From Albugo candida (Eukaryota), in NCBI GenBank assembly GCA_040437565.1, contig JBDOQK010000016.1:124001-188000 (forward strand): a stretch of DNA of 64,000 nucleotides. Direction: 5' to 3'. How positions within the stretch are numbered: the stretch's first letter is position 1; the number at the start of each line of letters is the position of its first letter. The position numbers and the translations under genes are program-made. Of the stretch, positions 24,401-37,414 are shown piece after piece. Under the pieces are notes generated by a model. That model did no database searches, was not told the origin of the DNA, and saw nothing but the letters and a program-made list of their open reading frames with translations.

Positions 24401-26382
24401 CGAGTTTTGACGTCTATCATCACGCAAGCCAAACACGTGCTTTCGGGCGATCGATACGCGACGTTGTTGGGTCGATATGAATCATCGGCTGTGCTGGAAT
24501 CGCCTCAGGATGAATTGAATCTTCTTCGACTGCTTCATACGCTATCAGACGTATGCTCCAGCACCGCGGAATACACGACGTACTGCGGAATGGTGCCTTT
24601 GGATGCATTGTGGAAGGCACTGAGTCTCTCGTTGGAAGAAGCGCGGACGCGTGGAGGCCTCGAAGAACAGGAATCGAGGAATTGGAGCACGCGAATCTTA
24701 CATCTGACGACGCAGGAAACGATATTGGAGACCGATACGGAAGCAGACACCGCGGAAGGAATGGTCATTGAAGGGAAGAGTGCTGGAGCGTCATGTGCGA
24801 TGGCTGCATTACTCGCTCGATTCCTTCCGATGGTGGAAGCGTTCTTTGTGGTCAACGCTCGTGATGCAGCATCGATGCCGCTCAAAGCACCCGATACAAC
24901 CGGAAGAGAAGAGGAAATTGTCGCGGCATTACGCATTGGTGGCTTTGACGGAATGGAAGCATCTCATCCAACGGATCGAACGAGTCTTTCGACCTCACCC
25001 AAACGCTCGACCCGAAGCTCTTTTGACATTTCCGAATCAACGCGACTGGCCAACTTTGTCGAAGCGAATCGTGTGCTTCTCAATATTCTCGTGCGAGAGA
25101 AGCCTTCGTTATTGGACACGTCACTTGCTGCTCTGATCAAAATGCCTCAATGTCGAGCGTACTTGGATTTCGATAACAAACGGACGTACTTTCAGAACGC
25201 GATGAAGAAAATCCGTCAGACCGCTTTACGCTCAGGCGGAGGAAGCTCTTCCGTTCGTATTTCCGTGCGTCGTGACCACATATTTGAAGATTCGTATTAC
25301 GCGCTACGAATGCGTAGCGGCGAGGAATTGCGTCGAAAGCTTCATATCGCATTCACCGGCGAAGAAGGGATCGATGCAGGCGGCGTCACACGCGAATGGT
25401 ACATGATTCTCGCTCGAGAGATCTTCAATCCCAATTACGTCTTATTCACTTCCGCAGCCGATTCTCCGACATTCCAACCGAATGCGTTGTCGTACGTGAA
25501 CAAAGATCATCTCAGCTACTTTGAATTTGTGGGCAAAGTGATTGGGAAAGCCTTAGCGGATGGCCAGCTTCTGGACGCACATTTTACGAGATCGTTTTAC
25601 AAACATATGCTTCAGCTTCCGATCTCATATCACGACATGGAAGCGATTGATCCCGAGTATTATCGCAATTTGCATTCGATTTTGGAGCATCCGATCGCAT
25701 CGTTGGGGTTGGAATTGACTTTTTCAGCAGAACATTCGAATTTCGGGCGATTGGAAATTGTCGATTTGATTCCAAATGGACAAAGTGTGCACGTGACGGA
25801 TGAGAATAAGATGGCGTATGTGAAGTTGGTGACGCATCATCGAATGGCGACGGGTATCCGACAGCAAATTGATCATTTTCTCAAAGGATTTCATCAATTG
25901 GTATCACCGAATCTCATTTCCATTTTCAATGAAAACGAATTGGAACTGCTGATCTCTGGAATGCCCGATATTGATATCGATGATCTTCGTGCCAATACGG
26001 ATTACGCGAATTACAAGCCGACCGACTCGGTGATTCGATGGTTTTGGAGCGTATTGTACTCTTTCACGCACGAAGAACGCGCATTGTTTCTGCAATTTGT
26101 CACCGGTACGTCCAAAGTCCCGCTAGAAGGCTTCAAGGCGCTGGAAGGAATGCGAGGAACGCAGAAATTCAACATTCACAAAGCATTTGGGAATCCGGAC
26201 GCGCTTCCATCGGCACACACGTGGTACGCTCACTCTGTCGGCATTCTGTCTGATGTGACTCACTTTCCATTCTTGTTAGCTTTAATCAATTGGACTTGCC
26301 CGACTATGAGAATGAAGAGAAGCTCAAACAGCGTCTGCTTTTAGCGATCCGCGAAGGCTCCGAAGGCTTTGGTTTTGGATGA
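15402..26382 (+). CDS. HUWE1/Tom1/UPL1-type giant HECT E3 ubiquitin ligase
   Basis: ORFs 15381..18668 and 18365..26344 join across a duplicated-flank gap. Helical N-terminal region, UBA ([20 protein letters not shown]...AMEWILSH), three UBM-like repeats ([38 protein letters not shown]) and C-terminal HECT ([15 protein letters not shown]...LPSAHTC|FNQLDLP...EGFGFG) with a final intron at 26224-26279. Confidence 0.95.
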
Positions 26383-26451
26383 AAACGCGACAGATCGAGC
26401 GAGTTGTTGATGGTGTTTCTATTGTATACGCAAGTAAAAAGAATGAACGTG

Positions 26452-27459
26452 CTACCTTTCCTTTATAAGCTCTGTGGATGATTCTCTGTCGCTTCCATCA
26501 CTTGAGGCATTATCGCGCTCCACTTGCCGGTAGAAAGCTTCCATTGCGTTGTCTGTTGAGAGATGCTGCATAAAGTCGACGGGAACACGATAAGTAGCCA
26601 GAGGATTTGGCTGGATACTTTGCTCATTCTCCACGATTCGGAATGCAATGGATGACGTCGCTTCTTGCGGATTAAAGCTTTGAAGCTCATTGTAAGAGAA
26701 TAAGAGCGGGTCTGTGACCTCTCCAAACACATTGATATCCACCAAATACACGCGATCGTTCTTGTCAATGTATATGTCAAACACAAAGTCGGAATCCAAG
26801 TGCGCGGGCGCCACAGTTAATGGCTGCAAATGCTTTAGAAAAAATGATTTGATAAGTGCACGTAAAGAGTCCTTTTTGAGCGCTAAGAACGGGTAACACG
26901 CTTCACAATGCCGTTGGGAGATTGCGACGAGAGCGTGGTGGAGCACAAAGCCTCGAAAAAGCATGGAATCGTGTAAATTGCACCATTTCTTCATGACTAA
27001 ACAGGGCGCTTTATTGACGATTCCGCACGTTTCAGGGGACGCAGCGTCCGTGCAGGCACGGTATGGGTACAGGAGATCGTGTGTGGTAAAGTCGGAAGAC
27101 TTTAAAAGGAGAATTATGTCGTCAAATGTGCGGCATTGTAAGGTGCTGAGAATCCATTTTGCATCGCGCGGGCTGCTCCAATTCAATTTGATAAATGATT
27201 TACCTTTCAATTCTTTGAATTGATTCTCAACTTGATATTGAATTTGTTGGATGGCTTGAATGCGAGAATCCGAATCCTCCGAGTGCGATAAGGAGGCCAG
27301 ATAATCTTTTGGAAGTTGTATGCCATCTTCAAGAAGATACTCTACAAATTCCGGTGGTAAGGAGATAGCATATCCTTTTATCGCGACATGCTTGAGCTTT
27401 GAGTACCAGTGATCAAACGCACAACGATCCACTTGTCCACGAGAATAGGAAGGAGGCAT
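26452..27459 (-). CDS. CDC123: Cell division cycle protein 123 (D123 ATP-grasp, eIF2 assembly factor)
   Basis: Motifs KLNWSSPRDAKWI, LLLKSSDFTTHDL, LVAISQR, VFDIYI, LVDINVFGEVTDPLLFSYNEL. Confidence 0.93.
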   Translation of the reverse strand: MPPSYSRGQVDRCAFDHWYSKLKHVAIKGYAISLPPEFVEYLLEDGIQLPKDYLASLSHSEDSDSRIQAIQQIQYQVENQFKELKGKSFIKLNWSSPRDAKWILSTLQCRTFDDIILLLKSSDFTTHDLLYPYRACTDAASPETCGIVNKAPCLVMKKWCNLHDSMLFRGFVLHHALVAISQRHCEACYPFLALKKDSLRALIKSFFLKHLQPLTVAPAHLDSDFVFDIYIDKNDRVYLVDINVFGEVTDPLLFSYNELQSFNPQEATSSIAFRIVENEQSIQPNPLATYRVPVDFMQHLSTDNAMEAFYRQVERDNASSDGSDRESSTELIKER

Positions 27460-27691
27460 TAAACTAGGATTATANNNNNNNNNNNNNNNNNNNNNNNNNN
27501 NNNNNNNNNNNNNNNNNNNNNNNNNNNNNNNNNNNNNNNNNNNNNNNNNNNNNNNNNNNNNNNNNNNNNNNNNNCATTAAACTAGGATTATACATGCTTT
27601 CTGCACATGCTCATATAAATAATAGGGGAGAGTGTTCCTTTTGAAGTGTACGGTAGTCTAACGCTTCATCGACTCTGATAATAAAGACCGC

Positions 27692-28767
27692 ATGCCGATT
27701 ATCACGTTTGTAGCGCGGATTTCTGATGGGATGCTTCTAGTGAGACTTTACTTCCTCTATTCGTCAGTATATGTGTCATGATGCGCTTCTGTTGAATAGG
27801 TTGCATCCATGGAGTCTGTAGGTGACACCAGTGGAAATCTAGATATGTACAAACAGCAGGTTCACCTTCAGTCAACAAGCAGCAACGAGTAATGCCGCTA
27901 ACAGGCCGTGCACGTATATTCAATGCAGGCAAAGCAAATCATGAAACGCCTGGATCAACGCTCGGCCACGAAGTGCAGTATCGAGTCTGGGAAATATACA
28001 TTTCAGTGCGTGCTATTCCATGAGCGTGATGATTCTCAACTTGATCTGAGTCTATGTGTATCAGTTATCTCATACATGAGAATGTGTGCTATTTGACCTT
28101 GTCCGACCGAAGCTTCCCGAAGCGATTGGCATTTTTGTATTTGGAAGAGATTCAAAAAGGATTTATCGAGGAGCTAGAGCGAGATCACCAAGGAAGGTAC
28201 ACACACATTTTTTGAAGAGGGTGGATGCATAAGATTGCTCTAGTTGGCGAGATACCGTTACAACAGCAGCCCGACCGTATGCTTTTATAAAATTTGGTAC
28301 AGCTCGGCGTCTCGCATTGGTTTTTGTACGCTAATACGATTCCTTCAATTAGACAAATTCATTCAGCGAAAACGTAAAGAATACACAGACCCGAACTCCA
28401 CACAAAATATGTCCCGACTCAATAACGATTTGGCTGATATTCACAATATCATGCGTCAAAACATTCAGGAAGTCTTAAATCGAGGAGAACGCGTTGAACG
28501 TACGCTATCAATCACGATCGAACCGTCTCATTAAGTGTTTCGTTGCACAGATGTATCCAGAATTTCGTCCAATTTGGCCGATCGATCGAAAGATTTGAAA
28601 TGGGGAGCAAAGAAGCTGAGAATGCAGGTGTGTAGACTATTCGGCTGACTATTGATAACCACCTAACCGGACTGGATATTCCATTGTAGGCGATCTACCG
28701 GCAATACGGCCCCATAGCCGCGGTCGGCGCCTTTATTCTTTTGGTCATTTACATCAAATTCTTTTAG
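27692..28767 (+). CDS. SEC22: Sec22 longin R-SNARE (multi-exon)
   Basis: MPIITFVARISDGMLL, SFPKRLAFLYLEEI, ARPYAFIKF|DKFIQ, NIMRQNIQEVLNRGERVE (R-SNARE layer) and a C-terminal TM ending YIKFF*. Confidence 0.92.
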
Positions 28768-28922
28768 CTCCGATAGTCGCATTGGTAGTAATTGGTAGCA
28801 TTAATATCAAATCGTACGGCAGAGATACATCACTACCCGTGTTTACACATATATACCCAATCATACTACCTCTATCTTATCAGTCAGCTTCTTATTGGTT
28901 AATTTACACTTTGGAGGGGAAA

Positions 28923-29653
28923 ATGGAATCGATTTTCGGTATCGTCGGCAAAGATTTCGTGCTCGTTGCAGCGGACGCTAAGGCTGCACGTTCCATCCTG
29001 GTGTACAAAGATGACGAAGATAAGATGATGCAATTAGATTCGCACAAGCTTCTTCTAGGTGCTGGACCACAGAGCGATCGCGTTGAATTTTCAGAGTACA
29101 TACAAAAGAATCTCAAGCTTTACGAATTGCGCAATGGAGTACGCTTGGATGGCAGCGCGGCGGCTAATTACGTCCGTGGAGAGCTTGCGCGGTATCTACG
29201 TCAAGGACCTTACCAAGTCAACCTCTTAGTAGCTGCAGTGGATCAAGTTAGCGAAGCGGAAGCCCAATTGACTCCCGAAAAAATGGCAGGCACGCCGGTC
29301 CCCAGTCTTCATTGGATCGATTACCTCGGTTCAATGGTGAAAATGAATTATGGCGTCCACGGTTATGGTGCACACTTTTGTTTGTCTATTCTGGATAAAG
29401 AGTGGCAGGTAAAGCATCTAAAGAAGCCAGATTGCAACTTCTGACTGTCTTTCTTTGTAGCCGGAACTATCTCTGGAGGAAGCAAAGAGGATCCTTAAGC
29501 TGTGTCGTAATGAGCTCGATACGAGATTTTTGGTCCGAAGTGGAAAATGGATTTTCAAAGTACGACGCATTAGTCTTTTATTCGAAGCATGTAACCCATT
29601 TGCTATTCCGACAGGTTATCGACGGCAAAGGCATCCGAGAGATCGAAGTATGA
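28923..29653 (+). CDS. PSMB2: 20S proteasome subunit beta type-2 (Pre1/PSMB2), 3 exons
   Basis: MESIFGIVGKDFVLVAAD...DRVEFSEYIQKNLKLYELRNG...PYQVNLL...LHWIDYLGS...HGYGAHFCLSILD; last exon VIDGKGIREIEV*. Confidence 0.95.
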
Positions 29654-29895
29654 ATCAGAAAGCCTCTTTTCTAAACATAAATACCATCAAACTTTGGCTG
29701 CGTAACGAGTTTGCAAACCTATTTTCATTTTGAGAGCCAGTAAACCAGCCGTTGTGACACGGTCTATACCGGCGTGGGATCGAGCATAATCGCGGGATTT
29801 AAATAGGACCTTTTTTTTGCATGTAACAGCTCGAGAAACTCGCTTACCACAAATCCATTCTTCAACTTTCTTTCAAAGCGTTGACCTGTTCCGAA

Positions 29896-31622
29896 ATGCT
29901 CAAATTTGTTTGTTGGAGCGTGTTGCTTGCTCTTCCCCTCACATCCTGCGAGATTGTAGAAAACCCAAGTGTGCCTTCGACCTCTCCTGCCACATTGACT
30001 CGTGCGTCCTTGAATGACACGAGCAACGCGTCCACTTCCTCCGACGACGAATTTGTAACCACTAGCGGAGTCATTCTTGTTCGAGGAAATGGTTTGTACA
30101 ATGGCGTTAGCGGAGAACGATTTTTTCTCAAAGGGGTACGCATTTGCGATGTGTATTGCCAAAGCTTTGACTCACTTTTCTTGTTCTGCAGATGACATAC
30201 GATTACGCAGTGAGCGATGAGTATTACACAAAGTATTCCAAAGAGGCCATCGCTTCCAACCTTAAAGACCTCGAATTCAACACGATGAGAATTTACAATG
30301 TGAATCCTGATTCATCATACAAATTGTTCATGGCTGATATGGCGAAACTCGGGTTGTATGTGATTGTTTCGGGGACACCAGACGAAAGCTCTTACTATGG
30401 AAAGTACCGCTACGCGACCATGTCGAAACGCTCTGGACCGACCGGAACAGTTGATTCAGACACGGGCAAGATCGATACCAAGCACACTTGCTACCCCACG
30501 TTACTCTTGGAGTATGGAAAGCGAATTTTGCAACAATTTGCCGCATATGACAATACACTCGCGTTTGTTGTTGCCAATGAGGTGATGCAAGGTGACTTGA
30601 CGGCTGCATCTTGTGTGAAGCGGTACACTGCCGATCTGAAGAGTTGGATGCGTAAAAATGCAGAGAAGATGAGAATGATTCCACTTGCGTACGCGGCAGC
30701 AGATAGTTCATATGGAAGCGAAATACCGGACGCAGATGAATACCACACCGTGAAGATTCAAGGTCTACTTTGTGGAGACCAGATGGAAAATGGAATGATG
30801 CAGCAGAGTATCGACATCTATCTGATCAACGAGTATAGATGGTGTCCAGGATCTACCTTCTCCGATGCCTACGAGCGATTCTTCTTGATGGCCAAAGGCC
30901 TACCAATCGTCGTTGCATTTGGTGAATCCGGATGTAAAGTAAGCGCCAAAGCTCCTCGCAAATTCGACAATGTTCCATTCCTGTACAAGAAACCAGCTGA
31001 TACCAAGGGTTTCTCGTCTATTTGGTCCGGAATCTTGGTGTATTCGTACGGCCAAGCAAAATTAGATGAGACATCTTTGTTTCCCTTGTTTGAAGGCGGG
31101 TCAATGGATCCACTTGGTGAACCCAGCAAGAAACCAACAGCAGATTATACCAATTTGGTGAAAGCATTTGCTCAATCTCCAATTAACAAGGAAGTCGCGG
31201 GCTGGAAATCTGATAAAAAATGTGAATGGGTCCCGAAGGATTTGTTCAAACCGGATGCTTCTAACAAACGCGCCAGTGCGGATGGATGGATTTTGCCTTC
31301 TTGTGACAGCAAATCATTAAAAGTTGTGAACAGGGACACGTGGATCGCTGCATCCCGAGAAGGAGCTATTTGCAATGACCAGGGAACGCCTTGTGACGTT
31401 GTGCTCAAGAAAAAAGTAAGCGGTGCGTCACAAGTGGATTTGTGTGGTTCTGCCATTTTGAAGTCCATCCCTGTGTCGTACGATAAAGGGACCAGCAACG
31501 CTAATCAAAATGAGGTTGATTCTGTCTCTCTGAGCGAAGAAAAGTCGGGTCAGTCTTCATCTGCTTGGAATGCATTGATTGCGGCAATCTGCTCCATGGT
31601 GATTTTCTCTGGCATTTTATAA
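29896..31622 (+). CDS. GH72 beta-1,3-glucanosyltransferase (Gas/Gel-like), secreted and probably GPI-anchored
   Basis: Signal peptide MLKFVCWSVLLALPLTSC, VRGNGLYNGVSGERFFLKG|MTYDY, NTMRIYNVNP, FVVANEV (acid/base Glu), NEYRWC, FGESGC (nucleophile Glu) and a hydrophobic C-terminus. Confidence 0.88.
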
Positions 31623-31926
31623 CCTCTAAACAGCAATGAAAATCCAAATTGAAATTTTTGCTGGCAAGTCATTGCACACATTGATATTCTGTATACTCAT
31701 ATAAGTAATACATTTTTCAAATTGAAGAAGGTGACGTCAAAGTTGCACTGTCTTCTATTTCGAAACGGTATAGCTCCCCCATAGTGGCACACATTGAAAA
31801 AAGTCAACGTTCCGAACGGAAATTGTCCTGTCTCTATCTTTCCCACTCGCTGAAATAATTAGTAACGTGAGCTCACTTTTCACACAGGGGCTGTAAATCC
31901 AATCACTGTTGACCATTCACTCCAAT

Positions 31927-34900
31927 ATGCCGAAATTCAGTGTCGGTGCATGCGTGCTCGTTATATGCATCCATCACTGTGTCACATTGGTCAAAACATC
32001 TTCGCAATGTGCATCCCCGTATGAAAATCTCGATCCGTCGACGGGCACTTGCCGCTGTCTTCCAGGATTCAGTGGTATGGGATGTCGAATGTGTGATTCG
32101 GACGATTCTTGTCGCCAAATAAGCGGAGATTCTGCTTCGAAATGCTCCAAAGGATTGAAGTACGAAAGTGTCGAAAGCCGAATGAAGACGTACCATTGTC
32201 AATTGCATCCGTCCATTGTTGTGACACAGGTCGATATGGCTTGTAATCGCACCGCAAGAACGTGTCAGTTCTATGCATTCGAACCGAATCGGACACAATT
32301 GGAGATGTACTATTTGTCGTGCAATCTCACCGATTGCAACTTCAAAACAGGGTCCAGCGATGGTGAATGCGGAGTCACACAGTGTAAGTGTGGTAAATCG
32401 TGCACGGCAATGACTCGTCAACTCATTTCGTCTATGATCAACGGGAAACCGGTCGGAATTGTTACCAGTGGATCCGATACGCTCACAGTCGACATTAAAG
32501 ACTCGCCCATTCCATTACGTNNNNNNNNNNNNNNNNNNNNNNNNNNNNNNNNNNNNNNNNNNNNNNNNNNNNNNNNNNNNNNNNNNNNNNNNNNNNNNNN
32601 NNNNNNNNNNNNNNNNNNNNCAGTGTAAGTGTGGTAAATCGTGCACGGCAATGACTCGTCAACTCATTTCGTCTATGATCAACGGGAAACCGGTCGGAAT
32701 TGTTACCAGTGGATCCGATACGCTCACAGTCGACATTAAAGACTCGCCCATTCCATTACGTTCCACGTGCACAGCTTCAGCTTGTGAGAATACGTCCACA
32801 TCAGCTGCTGCTGGAAACCATCGAGGCATGAATGGCTGGCTGATTGCGATCATTGTCGTCTGTGTGATTCTGATGATTGGGCTTGTCTTATTCTTCGCTT
32901 ATGTTCGCTGGAGAAAGACATATTTGGAGCAGCAAGAGCACGTGGAAGGTGCAAAGCTTTCCATGTTTGTTAGAGGAGATGCACATGTCTTTCAGTTCCG
33001 AAATATCGGCTGTCGAACTGTTGCGCCGAGTTTCTTGGGCAAGAAGTCGAACACTCCTGAGAAGATTATTTTGCACGGTATCTCTGGTCAGCTTCAATGT
33101 GGCAAAGTCATGGGTCTGCTGGGTCCAAGTGGATCAGGTAAATCGAGTCTGCTGAATACGTTAGCAGGCGTCTCGAACGGCTCATGCGAGATCACGGGTG
33201 AGGTGCTCATTGATCAGCATAAAATCACCAAAAGTATGCGTAAAACATCCGCGTACGTCCACCAAGATGTCACGTTATTTTCGACTTTGACTGTCCGAGA
33301 ATGCATCACGTATTCAGCCCAACTTCGTCTATCACCACGTGTTTCCGAGTCGAATAAAAAGGAGCTCATTGAGAGTATAATAAGCGAACTGAATCTCCAC
33401 AAGGTCGCTGATTCTCGGATAGGATCATCAGACTCTAAACGAGGTATTTCTGGTGGAGAACAGCGTCGAGTTGGCATCGGAATGGAGCTTGTGACTTCGC
33501 CTCAGGTGCGTCGAGAAGACGCCCTAATGGAAAAATTGCTGATCATTCGTGTAGATGATATTTCTTGATGAGCCGACCTCGGGACTCGATAGTGCGTCCG
33601 CAAATAGCTTGGTCCAATTGATTCGAAGACTTGCTGACCACGGTCGTATTATCATCATGAGCATCCATCAGCCAAGTGTTGACTCCTTCCTTGCGTTGGA
33701 TCGCATCATGTTGCTGGCAGAAGGAAGATTATTGTATCAAGGAGCACCACTATGTGCCAAAGCCTACTTTGAAGCTCGAGGGTACGAATTCCCAGAGGTA
33801 CGTGCGATCCATTTTTCTGCGTCATGTAATGGCTAACTATAATGCATCCGTAGAATGGAAGTATTGCCGAGTATCTGCTGAACATTGCGTCCAAGCCAGA
33901 AGGTCTGACGTATGACCCATCGACGGTCGAGATCGAGTCGGTTTCCACGACACTCAGCTCACGTTCCAATGAGTTCAAATCTTCAGAATTCGATAGAAAG
34001 CAATTCGACTCAATCGACCAAAGCCCGCTCGAAGAGGCTAGAGACACTGCCAAACACTGTGACGTCACGAATGGCTACAACCTGATTGTTACCACAAAGT
34101 GTGTGACCAAGAAAGATATTGACGCAGCATATTCGATGGAGCGGTCACGTTTGATGGAATTACGTGTCTTGTTCTGGCGCTCTGGTCTCAATTTGATACG
34201 TCATCGATCTCTGTTCCAACTTCACATGCTTTTGAGTGTGCTTTTGGGGCTTGTTGGAGGATTTATATTCAATCACGTAACCGATGATCTTGCGGGATTT
34301 CAAAATCGAAGTGGTGCTTTCTACTTCATCCTTACGTTTTTCGGGTTTGCAAGCTTGAGCTCGATGGATATTTTTCTGGCGGAGCGTTCCATTTTCATTC
34401 GAGAAACAGGTGGGCAATTCATCGCAAGATATTAGTGGTGCAACTTGTAATTGATATTTTCTGTAGGTGCGTTGTACTACACTCCATCCAGCTACTTTAT
34501 TGCAAAGAGCGCTTTGGATTCCGTATTTCTTCGAATTCTTCCAGCAACAGCGTTTGGCTGGTACGTTCAACATATTTGATGGATAGAAAGTTTGTCTGAT
34601 TATTGTTTTCCAGTATTTTCTATTGGATCATGGGACTCCAAGCCGAAAGCAGTCGCTTTTTATTGTTTCTTCTGACTGTGGTGCTATTCAATCTTTGCGC
34701 TGGATCCATCACGATCTTCGTGGGCACAGTGACACGCTCCGTTGGAGTCGCCAATTTGGTCTCGATTATAATTTTGTTGGTCATGCTCTTATTTGGTGGA
34801 TTCCTTCTGAATAACGACACCATGCCGGGAGCAGTAGCTTGGTTAAAACACATCTCCGCATTCAATTACGGCTTTGAGACGCTCATGACGAACGAACTGA

Positions 34901-35118
34901 GGGGTATCGTGCTGACTTTTAATGCTCCAGGCTATCCCTCCATCCCAATATATGGCGATGTATTCCTGAAGACAATGAAGCTCTACTACTCAAATCGATA
35001 CTACGACGTGCTGGCATTGGCAGTGCTAACATTTGCATTCCAAATTGGTGCGTATGCTTCGCTCTGTCACCAGGTCTCAGTAGAGCGAAAGCGAGGAATC
35101 TTGAAGGGATACATTTGA
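31927..35118 (+). CDS. ABCG half-transporter with Cys-rich/EGF-like extracellular N-terminus (yeast Adp1-like)
   Basis: Signal peptide, CRCLPGFSGMGC EGF-like motif, TM, Walker A GPSGSGKS, signature ISGGEQRR, IFLDEPTSGLD, SIHQP and ABC2 membrane domain (GFQNRSGAFYF). Several introns and one duplicated-flank gap. Confidence 0.92.
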
Positions 35119-35376
35119 CGATTGATAGCAAAAAGGCGATCAGATGCGATACATTTCGTAGTAATAGATAGACTGCAACGATGCAAAGTTGATGCGTTGC
35201 TTTTGTGTAGTTTCGGTGTTGCTTGACCACTAATGTGAACGAATCCGTTGACGTGACACTTGAACGAAGAGACTATAACTCTGCGTCACCTGCTGTATCT
35301 GTAATTTCCACATAGTACAATATCAGTTTTGCAAGACTCCCTAAGAAAAAGGACGCTAAAGCGCTCCGACTACGTA

Positions 35377-36619
35377 ATGAATCGTAACATCCGCTCCGAG
35401 ACTGTAGAATTCATCGTCAGAGTGCGTATCTTGATCTCCCATATAAGTGAGTTGATACTGATATGTCCATACTTCTCATACAGGCTGCTGAAGACTTGGT
35501 CTTGGCGGGGAAGGAGAGAAATATCGTCCGGGTTCCAGCGAATAATTTGTATTCTTGTCTGATGCAAAAGACACAGAGGTTTTCATCACTATTTCGCCAT
35601 TACAGCAAACATCATGGACTTCCTCGTGACTCACTGGAGTTCATGTTCACTGTTCGTTGACTCCACGCTGCATTGATAGCTTGAATGCTCTGACATCCTT
35701 CTCCCTCGAAAAGGATCAACTGGATCCAGATGGTTCCCCCGAGTCGGTTTTCTTGCAAAAGGTGAGATTTGAATCCATTTTTTCGCAAGAATATCCATAT
35801 TGTGACGCTGACATCATCTGAACAGAACGATATCATCCTTGTTCGACATCGCGCTCCAACAAGTAGCATCGCCAGACCGCTGGTAAACGATGACGAATAT
35901 TTTTCCAGGATGAAAGAGCTCCTATCAAGTGGAGAAAACAGCGATGTTGTGATTGAGGCAGGACCGGAAAGAGCTTCATTCCCTGCACATCGATCAATTC
36001 TCTCAGCGAGATGCGAATTCTTTCGTGCCATGTTGCGTCCAGGTGCGATGAAGGAAAGCACTGCAGGCGTTGTCCGAATCACAAACCACTCTGCAGAAAT
36101 GGTATCAAAAATGCTCGAATTTATCTACACCAATCGCGTCTCCGATCTGCACAAACTGGGATACGAGGTGCGTGGTATCATTTCTGTATTTCTCAATGTT
36201 GTACTCATCAAATGTTGTGGCATCAGCAACTGATTGAGCTTCTCACGCTCGCAGAACAATATCTTCTCGTCTCCTTACGCTGTGCATGTGAAGCCGCAGC
36301 CCAAGAGTTGCTGAATCTTGTAAATATCGGAAAGTTTTTGGTTGCAGCCGAAAATCACAACGCAAATTATTTGAAAGAGGCTTGCTTACAATTTTTCGTC
36401 GAATACCGCCACGAAATTCTTCAGGATGACGCATTCCGTGAAGAGGTTGAGAACTGTCCAACAATCGCATTTCAGCTCTTGAAGGTACTTGCACAGAACA
36501 TGCCGTTGATGCAAGTGGCGCCAATTGCTGTGTGCAGCACTATCAGTACTGAGAGCTCAAAACGACGAAGATTGTGCATGCCGTCCGATGAGGAAGAGAT
36601 ATCAAGAGATTGGACATAA
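35377..36619 (+). CDS. BTB/POZ (SPOP-like BTB-BACK) protein with N-terminal SUMO/Rad60-SLD-like domain; multi-exon
   Basis: BTB motifs SDVVIEAG...FPAHRSILSARCEFFRAML...MKES...MLEFIYT, then LLTLAEQYLLVSLRCACE...AENHNANYLKEACLQF. Spliced N-terminal exons read LMQKTQRFSSLFRHYSKHHGLPRDSLEFMFT|DQLDPDGSPESVFLQK|NDIILV. Confidence 0.85.
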
Positions 36620-37414
36620 ACACCAGTCATTGGCACTGCAAGCCACGTATTTATTCGGTGCACGTGCAACAGGTATCGGGATCGTTATAAGCGAACTGGA
36701 CGCAATGAGCCACTTTTGAATTAAGATTTTCTTTTGTCATCCTTCAAAGCCTTCGAATGGGAAACTCCCGAATTCGTCATTCCATTTCTTGTAAAACTCC
36801 AAATCGGAAGTAGCTACACTAGATCGCACTCCACGCAGCGCTTCTTCAAAGTCTTGGAGATTAATCGGGCGGACATTACTTGCGTCGACCGTGCGAATGT
36901 CTGTACAGCTGCGAATTGGTCCCATAGAAGCTTCTGTGCATAGAGACCGAACATCTGCACCAGAGTAGCCTACCAGAAAGATGCTTACAGTTTTTGGCTC
37001 GCGTGAATTCGTTCTCTCACCTTTGGTTTTCTCAGCTAACGTCTTCTTGCTCTCGTCCGTCAGAGCGTGTTTGTTATCTTCGAGTAGACGATTGATGATG
37101 TGCAGCCGAGCTTCTAGAGATGGAAGTGGGATGTATAAGCGTTTGACAAATCTCCTTCTTGCGGCATCGTCTAATTCCTGAGGTCGATTGGTAGCACCTA
37201 CGTATTCACATCGCGTTCAGTTACGAGCATACTATCTCAGCTGTTCCAGAGCAGACCTACGACAAGAATGGTGTCTTTGGANNNNNNNNNNNNNNNNNNN
37301 NNNNNNNNNNNNNNNNNNNNNNNNNNNNNNNNNNNNNNNNNNNNNNNNNNNNNNNNNNNNNNNNNNNNNNNNNNNNNNNNNAATGAGCCACTTTTGAATT
37401 AAGATTTTCTTTTG

